Source: Lama glama (taxonomy: Eukaryota). From it: a stretch of 64,000 nucleotides of DNA. Both the position numbers and the translations under genes were made by a program. The stretch covers positions 20,090,001-20,154,000 of the forward strand of contig CM052817.1 of assembly GCA_028534125.1 (NCBI GenBank), read 5' to 3'. Every line of letters starts with the position of its first letter. Position 1 is the first letter of the stretch. The notes beneath the pieces were generated by a model. That model had not been told where the DNA came from. It was given only the letters and a program-made list of their open reading frames with translations, and did no database searches. Of the stretch, positions 38,404 through 50,699 are shown piece by piece.

Positions 38404-39560
38404 GTAAGAGGAAACTAAAGACAGTCCAGATTTGCTGGTATTTAGATAATGCGTCATTATTTTTAATGTGTGCAAAAATCTTATATTCACAAGCCTTAGA
38501 CTAGGTCTAAGTATATATGTGTGTGTATATATATAAATATATATTTATTTATTTACTTGACCTAACTTACTCATCTAAGCAGGTTCTTTTTGTGTTATTT
38601 AACATCAAAATTTGGGGCTTCATAGAGGATCTAATATAGATACATAATTTAAATGTAAATATGTGAGGACTTGACCAGTCCGAGGTTGCCAGATTAATTA
38701 ATGGCACATATGCTAGACAAAAAGTATTTGGACTAGCTGTCCAGTGTCCTTCTCAGCATTGTCTGCCGTATTTCTGATTTTAACGTTGCATTAAATGTGA
38801 GCTACATAAAGTGAAGAGATGCAGGTCGGGTTCTGATTTCTTAGTGACACCGTTCTGCTTCTTTCTTTCACATGGATTCCACCCTGAATTCTTCTAGCTT
38901 TTCTCCTCCCAAGTTACATTTTGAGGAATTTTGTCAATCATGTTTAAGAGCTTTATAAATTTATTCACTGATGTTTATTAGCATTATTTTTAACCTCTGA
39001 AACATTTCTGCTCAATAAAGCAAATATATTCATGTCTATATTGAGCAAATTCACTGACAACTTTATAATTGTCTTTTGTTTTTAAAAACATGGTTTCTAG
39101 AAGCATAAGTCAATTTTTTAACACAGATGATAGAAGGCCAGTGTCTGAAAACAATGACAAGAAGTAAATATTTGTTCCTTTCAACAGAAAAAAATATGTG
39201 GAGAAAAAATTACAAAGCCATTAAAAATCTTAGCGTGTGAGCTGGTCTAGAGGCAATTTCTGTGAATAGAGTCTCGTCTATTTTGACACTGGGCAATTAG
39301 CTGAGAGTAAGAAATGTGAATTTTATTTTTTTAAATTAATATTCCTTGTGTGTGACTCAAAACACAGAAAGGGGAACCATTTGATTCCATGTGTCATTTA
39401 TATAACAGATGGCACTAGCCCAATTAAGCTGAATTTTTGCTACAGTGAAAATGGTAAGCCAACATGGGAACACAGCAGAAAGTGAATGGCGTGGTGCTAT
39501 TGCATGTCTTACTTCAGACAATTAAGCGGAATGCCTTGATCTTAGGTTCATATTTCTCAC

Positions 39561-39988
39561 TGTTGGTTCACAGCCTTGAGAATTTCCTGGGTGAAATCTG
39601 AGACTGGCTACCGTACATGGAGGGCAAGGAGAGACAGAAGAAAGAGGCAGCCCACTCCAGACTGGTAGGTGGCAGGGTTAATAAGCAAGGCGACATATGT
39701 ACAAGTCTTGTCTTGGCGTCACAAGATGAGTAGGGCTCCATATCTGCCCATCAGGATCTGAAATCTTACATAAAGATCTCAAGTGAGTTCTATCACATAT
39801 TTAGCTTAGATAGTCTAAATAACACACTGCTCTCTCGAGGCAATGTTCCTGAAACATATCCTAGTAGGAGAATGGTGGGCACACAGTCTACATTCCAAGA
39901 ATAAGGAAGGGAGTGAGAGACTCTGATGGCCCAGGTCCAGCTCATAGGTCAACCAGCAGTCACATCATCTCAATGACCTTCTCCAACA
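39561..39988 (-). mobile_element. Solo ERV LTR, 428 bp, family not identified
   Basis: Perfect terminal inverted repeats TGTTGG...CCAACA and higher GC than the flanks. Orientation is inferred from a degenerate polyA signal ('ttaataagc' on +). No clean TSD. Confidence 0.75.
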
Positions 39989-40347
39989 CCAGTAGCTACA
40001 ACTTGTCCCACCATATGTGTCACCAAGGAGGATATTTTTTACAGTATGTAAAACTGAGAGAAATTTGAACGTGATTGCTGCTGTCACTACAACAAATGAT
40101 TGATTTCTTTCCATGAATCACCTGCACAGTTAAGATTCAGTGTTCAATTCAGCACCCATATTATCAGATATACTTAACTTGGAGAGAAAACCACTAGGCA
40201 CTGGAATCTGGTAATGAGGAATCATATTCTGAAACTGGCCTGAAGGCCTGAGAAGTACAGTGCTTACTGAAGCTCTTTCAGCACAGAATGAAATTCTTTG
40301 TGCTTCCAGTACACTGTTGTGACTCCTTTTAAAAATACAAAAAAGAA

Positions 40348-40499
40348 GGGGGAGGGTATAGCTCAAGTGGTAGGGCACCTGCTTGGCATGCATGAGGTCC
40401 TGGGTTCAATCCCCAGTACATCCTCCAGGGCTAAATAAATAAACCTAATTAGCTCTTAGCTCCACCCACAAAAAATTTAAAAATTAAAAATTAAAAAAT
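40348..40499 (+). mobile_element. tRNA-derived SINE, camelid vic-1-like
   Basis: Head GGGGGAGGGTATAGCTCAAGTGGTAG (A box) ... GGGTTCAATCCCC (B box), A-rich tail. TSD aaaaatacaaaaaagaa (40331-40347) / aaaaatacgaaaaagaa (40500-40516) at a TTTT|AAAA L1-endonuclease site. Confidence 0.93.
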
Positions 40500-40952
40500 A
40501 AAAATACGAAAAAGAAAAATTCTTTCCAAAATCTCACTTACAAATTAGGCAATGATCTAGGCCTGGAAGTGGCTCTCAAAAGTAACCATAGACAGGATTA
40601 TTCATTATTTTTTTCAGCTGTGATCAGTAAATTTACTAGAGACTTCATGTTGTTGTCTGAATGCTGTGTATGTATGTATGTGTGTGTTTCTTTCCACTCA
40701 GAATTGTACCAGAGTGCCAAGTAACATTTGAAAAGAAGCTTTCCCATGTTTTTGACTAAAGACTAAATTTCAGAATATGCCAGCATAATAATTGAGAATA
40801 TTTTTGAGAATTTCCTATTTGTTATCCACTATCTTAAGCTATATTGTAAATAGAGATCTTTCTTAAAGCAATGAGAGGTGCTGGAATATTGACTGTAAAT
40901 TTAAATTTTAAAAATAATGGTTTAAAATTAAAATTATAAAACTTAAGTTGAC

Positions 40953-41320
40953 TACTAGACTATTACTCAGCCATAAAAAGGAATAAAACAATGCCATTTG
41001 CAGCAACATGGTTGGACCTAGAGATTATCATATTAAGTGAAGTATGTCAGAGAAAGACAAGTATCAGTATATCACTAATATGTAGAATTTTTTTAATGGT
41101 ACAAATGAATTTATTTATAAAATATAAACCAACTCCTAGTCATAGAAAACAAATTTATAATTACCAAAGGGGAAATAGGGAGGAGGGATAAATTAGGAGT
41201 TTACAATTAACAGAAAAAAACTACTATATACAAAATAAGTAAACAACAAGGTCCTACTATATAGCACAGGGAACTGTATTCAATATCTTGTAATAAATTA
41301 CAATGGAAAAGAAAAACACT
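40953..41320 (+). mobile_element. L1 3' fragment (ORF2 C-terminus and 3'UTR)
   Basis: Peptide MPFAATWLDLEIIILSEV, then the 3'UTR block 'acaacaaggtcctactatatagcacagggaactgtattcaatatcttgtaata'. Confidence 0.93.
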
Positions 41321-42929
41321 TAAACTGACTAACAAATATATAATATTGTAAGCAATCCTCATGTATGTGTGTGTGTTTAATAGGAATAGTAATGAAATTA
41401 ATGTATTTTTAAAGAAATATAGGTATTGAAATTGAAATTTACCAATAAATTGATAAAATTCTTTCCAAAGATACAAAAAACAGATACTTTTAAAAGATAT
41501 ACTATCCTGATAATAAAACTTTTTTGTCTGTTTGTTTTTATTTGTAAAAACTTTAAATAAAATGAAAAGTAGGTCATGAAAATTTTTAGAGAAATGTGAG
41601 ACGTTAAATGAGTCATTAGAGGTGAAGGGGATCTTAGAGTTGGCCTCCTGCTGAGAAGGGACCATGAAATAATTGTCTTATACTTTATGAAATTTTCATA
41701 AAGCAGGTATTGCACATGTATAACTTTTTCCCTTTATTGTTTTATTGCCCCTTAATTTTAACCCCCCAAAATACTTGATGTTATCTGTATTTCTTTAGCT
41801 GGAGCAGTCAAGTACCTTCCAACTATGTGAAAAAACTTACAGATTATTACATTTTTCCAGAAAGAACTCCAATCACAAAAGCCTCACTGGACCTTAATTC
41901 ATCAAATAACAAAAGCCTATTCTCAGCATTTCTTGGACTAGAAAAATAAATTCTCCTGCCTCCAACAATTCTAGAAATTGCCATGACTGATTTGACCCCT
42001 CTAAAAGCTACAGTTACAGCGTTCTCTACACTGTCAACATCGGATTATTAGAAAAGAAATAAGACTTTTAAAAGGAGTCAAAACTTCAACAAGAAAAAGT
42101 ACAATATGTGGTTTTGCTTGAACTTTTAAAGTAGAATCATGCATATTCTACATAATAATACCAATTAACTTGAAAATATTAATCATAAATGTGTATGGGT
42201 AAATAAAAATACATGAACAAGGGGAACTAACAAACAATCAGTCACAAAAAAGAAGAAGAAAGAGATAAAGAATTATTAAGCGCCCATATCTAAAGAACCA
42301 TCCCCACTAAAGTCCATAGAACCATTAAGTTTAGAATTCTCTGATCTAGCCTTTGACCAGACTTGACTTTGCACTTAGCACTTATCCTGGAAAAATGACT
42401 GTGGCAGCTTAGCAGCAACATGGAAGCTAAGGCCATTTTGAAAAGGGCTCTGTTTCACTGTGCTTGCATCAAAATTCTTAAGAGACAGTAAATCACCTTT
42501 TGCAAGATGACCTATGTGTTTAGGATTGAAAGGTAGAAGATAAAAAGATAAGTGCCACACTGTTTTATATTCGATCCCTTCTCTGTGTTTCTCGGATTTC
42601 CCTTCTCTGTGTAACTACTCTGTTCTTGATTCTATACGTCTAAGAATTATTTGTCTACAGATCTGCAGATTTCTCTGACAGGTATCGTCACACAGAAATC
42701 CTGAATGACTCATTCTTGTTTTAAATGTCTGGTAGAGAGCAAGTGAAAGGAATCAGTCATGGGCTGGTCAGGAATGGCTGGCAGGGGAGCGAGGAGGACA
42801 CTCATGGCAGCGAAGGGCACTTCTCTCCAGTGGACAAAAGTAGACACTTAATGTATCTTGCAATACATAGGGAGAAAAAGATATATCAAGAGTAAACAGT
42901 CATACTTTATAAGAAGTTTCTAGAGTTTC

Positions 42930-43440
42930 TGTTACTAAACTAAACTTAGGTTCTGCTTGCCCGTGTGGGGTGAAGCCAATCTGCTGACATCAGGCGGTGG
43001 TGAAGGAAAGTGCAGTGTTTACTGCGGGATGCCAAGCAAGGAGTCTGGCAGCTAGTGCTTAAAAGACTCAAACTCCCGAATTCCCACATGGCTTTCAGGG
43101 AAAGGGTTTTACCTGCTGGTGGGCAATCTAGAGTTAACTTCTTCCCCCGGTGGGGGTTTCAGTATCTACAAAACAGCTCAAAGAATAGCTCAGAATATTA
43201 TCTATAGCCCTTGAGGAGGAACCAAATGTCCTTAATTTTATTTAATGGCTAAACTAGTATTATTTTATATTGCTCTACTGTTTTCCTTTGCTTCTGTATT
43301 TTCTCACCTTTCTGATTAAATGCATGGTTTTGAACTCAGGGAAGGCCTAAGAAACGAATTGTTTTCTAGAAACAAGAGGCAGGTGGAGGACCTGGGTGGG
43401 CTGTCTCCCAGGAAGGCCCCATAGGCCCTGCTTGGTTACA
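42930..43440 (-). mobile_element. ERV1-class solo LTR, 511 bp, possibly related to artiodactyl MER41-like LTRs
   Basis: TGTTAC...GTTACA termini and a perfect 4-bp TSD TTTC (42926-42929 / 43441-43444). Minus strand starts TGTAACCAAGCAGGGCCTATGGGGCC. Confidence 0.88.
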
Positions 43441-44722
43441 TTTCCAGCAAGCCAGTACGTATAGGAGGATTTATCAGTTGAGCACTGATTCTTTTGGCCA
43501 AATGTGATCCAATCTTTTGGGGCATTTACTGCTTGTTAAAATTCCTGGTAATGTCCTATTTATTGCATGGCAAATTTTAAGTTAAAGTAACTACCATTTT
43601 TGTTATTAAAGAATTATGCTTCCTAAGTTGTTTATCTCTGTTTCTTCAGTCATAACTCCATCAGGTTTTATATTGTTTCTCACTGCTTAACACCTCCATA
43701 AATCTCTTGAGAAATTTTTATTTTATACTTCTTTGCAATTATGTTTAAATGATTTCCTACAAATTGTAGTTCATCTTTTGATTTGGCAATAATTACTTGA
43801 TATTCTTCAAATAACCTCAATTGAATTATGTTCTTACTTACGAATTAAATAGTACTTTCTAGACTCAATTACCATTTGAAAATAATTCATTGACTTATAT
43901 GAAAATACAATAAATGAGTCTCATTTTCTACACATCATCTTTATTCACTTGGATTTTTCTATCTATAAATAAAACTTAAATTTCTCTGGATGTCTAGAAA
44001 TTATAAGTGATGAGTAAAGCTGTTGCAATATTATCTTGCTTTACAGTTTTTCATTATATCTACCAATTTAATTTCTCGTATTTTCTAATAGGCAAGTGTA
44101 TTCACAATGAACTTTCGACAGTTTCTCTCCTTTTGTATCTAAAATGGAGCCCAGTTCTTTAGTTTTAGAGATTGTTGCAGAAGGGAAAAAAAAAAAGAAG
44201 CAGCCAAAGTCAGCAGTGCTTCAATATTTGGGAAAAATTCAGCCACTTGAGAAGATATTTAGAGTTCTGGAAGGGGTATGGAGAGGAAGAAGGATATTTA
44301 AGACAGAAGGAGAATTAGAGCGGGAAGATGGGTGATAATTTCAGGGACTGGAAAATCAAGGGAATGTTCATAAAAGAAGAAGACTAGATTCCGCTTCCAA
44401 ATGTATTAAGAGCCACACGAGATTTGGGAAGATAAACAGAGAATTTTCAATCCAAGATGGCAAGATTGTCCACTGGCTGAATGCACTGCCATCTCCTCCT
44501 TTACTTGATCATGGAAATTGTAGACAAGAATGGGGTAAAAAGTATTTCTGACCCAAATTTTACACCAAGAATATCTGATGGCAGAGAAGGTGGGTCTTAT
44601 CTTTAAAACATCAAACATAAGAAGCAAACTTAGGCTAAATGTGCTGCAGGATGTGAACCACGAGAGAACTCCCTGGCCCACAGCATGGGCTGATACTCAC
44701 AAGAAATAGACTGGAGCCCAGG

Positions 44723-45225
44723 CGTGTTCATCTTCCATGGCTGTTGTAACAAATTACTACAAATTTAGTGGCTTACAAAAACACAAATGATTATGATACA
44801 GTTCTGAAGGTCAGAAGTCTGAAATAGGTCTTTTTGGGGTAACACCAAGGTCTTGTCAAGGATATGTTCCTTCCATAGGTTCCAGAGGGGAATCTGTGTC
44901 TTTGCCTTTTCCAGCTTCTAGAGGCCTCCTGCATTCCTTCACTCATGATCCTTTCCTCCACTTTAAAAGCCAACATCACAGCATCTTCAAATTTCTCTCT
45001 GAACATGACCTCTGCTTCAATTGTCATATTACTGTGTCTGCTTCTGACCCTCCTCCCTCCCCTATAAGTGATCTTGTGATTATAGTGAGACCATCCTGAT
45101 AGTCCAGGACACTTTTTATCTCGAGATTTTTAATTTCATGACATCTACAAAGGCTGTTTTATATTTAAGGTACTACATGGACAGGTTTGGAGATTAGGGT
45201 GTAGACATCATTCTGCCTATCTACA
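44723..45225 (-). mobile_element. MaLR solo LTR, MLT1D/MLT1C-like
   Basis: 'gctgttgtaacaaattactacaaatttagtggctta', 'acagttctgaaggtcagaagtctgaaat', 'tttgccttttccagcttctagaggc', ending 'attctgcctatctaca'. Confidence 0.92.
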
Positions 45226-45849
45226 ACATACCAGTTCTTACTTTTCCAACCTGGATGCTATAGTGCCTCTCATAAGAAATAGTTGCCCCTTTCAGGGAGC
45301 TAATCACACCTGACCTAGAAATTAAAAAAGCTAAAAGATCTGAGGGAAGGTGGGGGAACTGCAGACCCAGCTACTGACTCATAGAAACATGAGGACCCAG
45401 AAGATAAATAAAAACACAGGTGAGCTACAAAAGCTTCTGGTGATCCTTCCCCAACTTTTAGAGCATAAGATAGTAATGTAGCTGCTTTTCATAGCTCATG
45501 CAAAAATGAATATTGTGCCTGAATCCAGCAAGGGAATACATACAAGTCAAGTCGATATGTTACAAAACCATTACAGCTGCTACCAAGTATGCTGGGAGAC
45601 ACTAAGTTGAGCATTACTAAAGAAGTTATCTTTGATGTCCTGCTCCATGAAGGATGGACTACCTTTATGATGTAATATCAATCCTAGTCTTCCAGTCAAC
45701 TATCATCAGTAAACCTTTTGTTTTTTTTTCTATAGCTGAACCAACTGGCTGTAATTTGTTCCACATGTATAATATATCCAAGGCCTCCTTGTATCCCAAC
45801 ATTTAATTCATAACTCTTACCAACAATTTGAGTTTCTTTGATCATCCAT

Positions 45850-46110
45850 TAGTAGAGATTGACTGCACTAGGATAGTCAAGATTTCTTTACATAGTGACT
45901 CGGGCCCCAGGACAGTAAAAGCAAAAGCTGCAAAACCCCTTAAAGCCCAAGCATGGAATGTACAAAGTATCTCTTTCACTGCATTCTGTTCATCCAAACA
46001 AGTCACAAAGCCAGGTGGAGCGAAGCGGAAGAATACATGAGGGGACGAACTCACAGGATGTGATTATTGGGGGATTAGGGAGTGGGGAGGGAAGTTTGTA
46101 AGAATTTGAT
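45850..46110 (-). mobile_element. MaLR LTR fragment (MLT1F/H-like)
   Basis: 'aaagcaaaagctgcaaaaccccttaaagcccaagc...tttcactgcattctgttcatccaaacaagtcacaaagccag'. Confidence 0.7.
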
Positions 46111-46323
46111 ACAAAACCTTCACATGCACACCTTCTCAATCTTTTATACAACGTTATGAAGACTCAATTCAGCATTCAGATCAGAACTTTGTATTTCTAA
46201 TATTCAAGTTCTGACTCTAGGGCTAGATCTACTTACTGCCTGGGTCTGGGTGTGCTGTGAAAGCCAGTCCCCAGAGGGTAGCTGTAGAGTGGAGCAGAGA
46301 ACCAGGGGAAAGCCAAAAAGATA

Positions 46324-46325
<2 letters not shown>

Positions 46326-46383
<58 letters not shown>

Positions 46384-46384
46384 G
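46326..46384. repeat. (GT)n microsatellite, about 29 units with one interruption
   Basis: Read directly; explains the HTHT-repeat ORFs. Confidence 0.98.
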
Positions 46385-46774
46385 GTGAGATAGAGAAAGA
46401 GACAAAGAATCTGCCTTGGTTCCAGATGGCTTCCCAGTCTTCGGTCTCTTGTGAAGTCCAAGGATATTCATTTACTTGATTTTCTGAGCTCAACCTGAGG
46501 TGTAACAATAGATCCTCCAAACCTAAATATCTGAAATGAGTTGATGTTTTTTGAAGTCAGACAACTAACACGTGGATGACTGATGAGTTTTTTACAATGA
46601 ACATTTATAAAATCTTTATCTCATTTTTTTATTAATTCATAAAACTTTCATTCCATGCATGTGTATTCCATATGTTCTATTAATCTCTGAAATGCTGTCT
46701 CAGAACTTTTTCTTTGGAATTGAATTTAAGTTTTGTTAGGTGCTTTTTTTAAGCTTGTTTTAAATGCTATATGA

Positions 46775-47225
46775 TTGTCTATAATCTTCCCTTGCTTTAC
46801 TCTCATGCCTCGTGTCTCAACACTTCCTGTCAAGAACTGTGTGCTTCTGCCTTCCGGTATCACTGAACTTTCTCCCAAAGCACCATTTCTCTATTGTCCT
46901 CAAACCTGGACTATATTCTTGACTCTACCTAGAATAAGTTTCTCCCACTCAACCTTCCCAAGACTAACTCCAGCTCCCACCCTAGCCATGCCAAGCTCCA
47001 CCTCCCACTCTTTTCGAGTGCAGTTCTTTTTTAATTGTTATGCCTAGCTCTTCTTCTAAGAAGACTTGGAAATAACTAGTACTTACTTTCACATTTTACT
47101 GCGAGTGCTTTTTTGTATCTGTGTCTCCCACCAGAGTATAAACTCTTGAAAACATGATCAGGTTTTTATTCCAGGTATCTAACAAACAGCAACTAATGCA
47201 ATATACTTTAATAAATTAGTTTACT
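46775..47225 (+). mobile_element. L2 fragment
   Basis: 'gtatctgtgtctcccaccagagtataaactcttgaaaacatgatc' plus upstream pyrimidine-rich L2-like blocks. Confidence 0.65.
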
Positions 47226-47784
47226 TTAATCTAATGTGTCCTTTCTTATTTCATAATTTCATTTTGATTTATAAAGTTGGTCCAGGATTCATCAATGCTC
47301 AGTTAATAATATGTTCAATTTTGCTTTCAGGCTTGCTGAGGACAACCATAATCTTCCATTCTTTATTCATGTTTAAATTCAAGAGACAAATACTATCACT
47401 TTATATAAGAAAATCAGAGGATGAAACACATTGTCATGTGATCTTGATCACAGATGATTAATAATCAAGCCCAACTTTCATTTCCCATCTCCCAGTTTTG
47501 TGGGCTTTTTTTTCAGTCAAGTTATTAACACTTATTTGCTTATAATGTTTTTTTAAATCTGGCTAATTAAATGTTTCCATGTATACAGCAACTTCTATAA
47601 TTTAATTAATTCTTAATTTTTTAATATTATTTCACTATTACTTTTATATTTTCTACATTAGCAAACCCAATATTTTTAGTTGACCATTACCACTAAACAT
47701 CATTAGTAAAATCAATAATATGTGCATTTTTCACCTCCATGTGAAAATAAAATGGTTTATTATATTTATGATTCTTACGAATCC

Positions 47785-47827
47785 TGCAGTTGTAGTATCA
47801 TAATTTTGCAGTTGTAGTATCATAATT
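47785..47827. repeat. Perfect tandem duplication, 21-bp unit, period 22
   Basis: TGCAGTTGTAGTATCATAATT at 47785-47805 and 47807-47827. Confidence 0.95.
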
Positions 47828-48297
47828 GATTCTTCCTTTCTCCATACCTCAATTTCCATTAGGAGAAATTGGAATAAACAATTTATATATTTCCAGATTA
47901 CATTATTTCCTACTTTTTCCTCAATACTAGCATTCCATAATATTAATGTGTTTTGATATCTGTATCAGTTGTATGGTTCATCAGGACTGTTAAAATTTGA
48001 AGAACATTTTGAATCATAGTAATGCACTATATCATCAGTGAATTTGAAAACTGGTAAATAAAGTTCTTTATTGATAAACCCTTAGTGTTCAAAACTCTGT
48101 ACTAAAACAAACTTATAAGCAAGGGAAAATAGATGGCAATTATATTTGCTTCTATAGTTTCTTTGGATTGAAAAATAAGGGAGATGTATAGACAGCCTTA
48201 CAGAAATAAACCAGTTCATGAGGAGGAGCAGAGCTTTGTTATCTACCTCATTGTCTAGCCTGTAATTTAAACTGACTGTCTCATGAGACATAAAGTA

Positions 48298-48322
48298 TGT
48301 GTGTGTGTGTGTGTGTGTATGT
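48298..48322. repeat. (TG)n microsatellite
   Basis: Read directly. Confidence 0.9.
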
Positions 48323-48412
48323 ATAATTGTATATTAATATTGTATTATATTTTTTACTGCTGGAATAAAACAAATCAGAGTGTCAATTGTGTATATTATT
48401 AAACTCTCATGG

Positions 48413-48480
48413 TGTGTTAGTTATCTATTGCAGCATACCAAATTACTCCAAATGGTGGCGTAAAGCAACAAAGATCATTC
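48413..48480 (-). mobile_element. MLT1 LTR 3'-end fragment
   Basis: 'tgtgttagttatctattgcagcataccaaattactccaaa...gtggcgtaaagcaaca'. Confidence 0.75.
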
Positions 48481-48959
48481 TAACGTGTGTTTTCACAACT
48501 AAATGTCTTATCTAGACAGTGTCTTTAAAACGGTACATATTTTTTAAGTTATTGGCCTCTGTTTTCCTCCTAGCCCTCAATACTTAATCTCAATTTGATG
48601 ACAGCTACCTTGGGACCATCTCAAATGGTTTGCCTGAGATAGCAATGTCCTTAGTCCAATTTTGGCTAGTCAGTACACATCCTTTATAAAGTGAATCACC
48701 AGTAGCATGCTGCTAAATCTGCAGCTTCACGACACTTTTTAATTGCTTCAGTTTCTGATGCAGAATTAGTTGATGAATTAAAGACTTCATATGATGATGC
48801 ATTCAGTCAACTCCAATTGCTTACCACAGACAGAAAGCTTCTTAGTCAAACTTTATACCTTTCCATCTTTGTTGGTGGAGAAGCTACTTCAAAATGATAA
48901 TATAGAACTTGGCTAAAAGTGGTAAGAAGGAACCAGCACACACAGATTTTTAAAAAACT

Positions 48960-49170
48960 TTTGCTACCACGTCACTTTCAACACCATTGGCATGAGTTCT
49001 GCCCCTATTTTCTTCTTAAACTTCATGTCTCTTGACATACGTAGCCGCAAGGCTAGGAAATCCATTCTTAATGTCATCGAGTAAAGTTCTTAGCTAAGAA
49101 CCAGTGGTTCAATTATTAAGAAAGAAAATATAGAGGGAAAAAGTGCAATGGCTGTTAAGACAGACAAGAT
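48960..49170 (-). mobile_element. MLT1J/K-like LTR fragment
   Basis: 'catacgtagccgcaaggctaggaaatcc...tagctaagaaccagtggttcaattattaagaaagaa'. Confidence 0.6.
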
Positions 49171-50699
49171 TTTCAATTTAACATAAAATGCAAATTAAAA
49201 TCTTTGAATAATTAAAATTCATGAATATTTTGCAGTGCCCCCCAAAATTGTATCTAGATATGAAAGTAAATAGAAGAAAAATTATATAGATAGACGTGGT
49301 AATGATAGATAGCTATAAATAGATAAAGAGGTACACATAAAAATCAATGAAATAAACAAAAATAGACAACAAAATTTAAAATAGGGCATATATGATCTCT
49401 CTCAGAGAATGCATAGACACTCTCTCCTGAAATCAACACAAAAACCTTTTTTTTTCCAGAAGTTTTATAAAATATTCTCTATACGTTCCAATATTCCTTC
49501 AGTGCTTTTAGATATCTTCACTGATATGACTGTCATTCAAAAAGAAGCTCATTTTGGATTATGATGGTGGCTTGTGGATGGATGCCATGGAAGCAGAAAC
49601 AGGAACACAAAAACTAATTAGAGAAATTAAATCCTGTGTGCTGTCTGAATCTCAAAAGAGAATTTTTCACTGCATATAATTTAAAGAGACAACAAAGTAA
49701 TTTATGCATTTCTGTTTTCTGAAATACAATAGATATGTTCAATCATCCTTAAGCTTTAATCTTTTTAGCCAACTTGTATCAGAAAACATAGGACCTATCA
49801 AGCCAATGTATAAATTGGGAGAGCTTCCCAACATGTTTCACAATAGAAAGTGCACGTTGTAGTTGTAAATAATGATTGTTTCTCTACCACAGAATTTAAA
49901 GACTATCCAGGAGAGCTAGATACAAAATTCATGGGCAAACAGTCTATACAAATACAAACACAAAGCAAAAAGGACTAAAGTTTATTATATACTACATTTT
50001 AGACCAAAATAACTTATTGGTTTAGGATATTTTTTGTTGTCTCCTTGAGGAAGCAGTCTAAACAGTCTCTACATTGTGGTTGCAAAGGTATTGCAATAAA
50101 ATTCCAATTTAATTTAAATAGATAAATTATATAGTACATAGTTGTATCTGTACTTATTTATGACCAAGATAAGTATAGTTACCAAAGAGTACTCTAAAGT
50201 TGAAGCTTCCTATTAAATATTGCTATATTTTATTTCAAATTTAAATTTATTAAGAAAACATAGATATTTCTCAACAGCCCAATTTTGCTACAATTCTCTT
50301 TATCTCATAGAATTTTAAGGAACTATAATGACCGGTTGGACAAAGCTATCAATTAGTGATATATATGTGACTAAAAAGTTGTGCATACACACAAGACAAA
50401 ATAAGAGAAGTAAAACTGGTGATTTTCTCTCACCTGATAAAGTTTCTATGACCAAGTTCAGAGTCCTCCATCTTTACCCCTAGACTCATCTAATACCAGC
50501 AAAAAAAGAGTATCTGACTTATATAATCCTTGATTATGATTTGGCTTCATGGAAATAGATCAATTCTGATCTCTATCTTTAGTGATAGAAGGTAATTTCA
50601 TAAATATTAAATAAAATAAGCACTGCCTATATTACCTTTCTCAGCTCCTCTCTTAACTCTACCACCACTCTCTATCCAAGATAGAAAGAATGAAATCTT

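Noticed and set aside
40348..40420. tRNA gene
   Set aside because: The tRNA-like head is followed by a SINE body and A tail and is flanked by a TSD, so it is a SINE.
41207..41715. Longest ORF (152 aa) and an overlapping 105-aa ORF
   Set aside because: Antisense to an L1 3'UTR and AT-rich DNA; the F/L/I/K/Y-rich composition is what chance frames give in such sequence.
46204..46520. His/Thr-repeat ORFs in three frames
   Set aside because: Translation of the (GT)n microsatellite.
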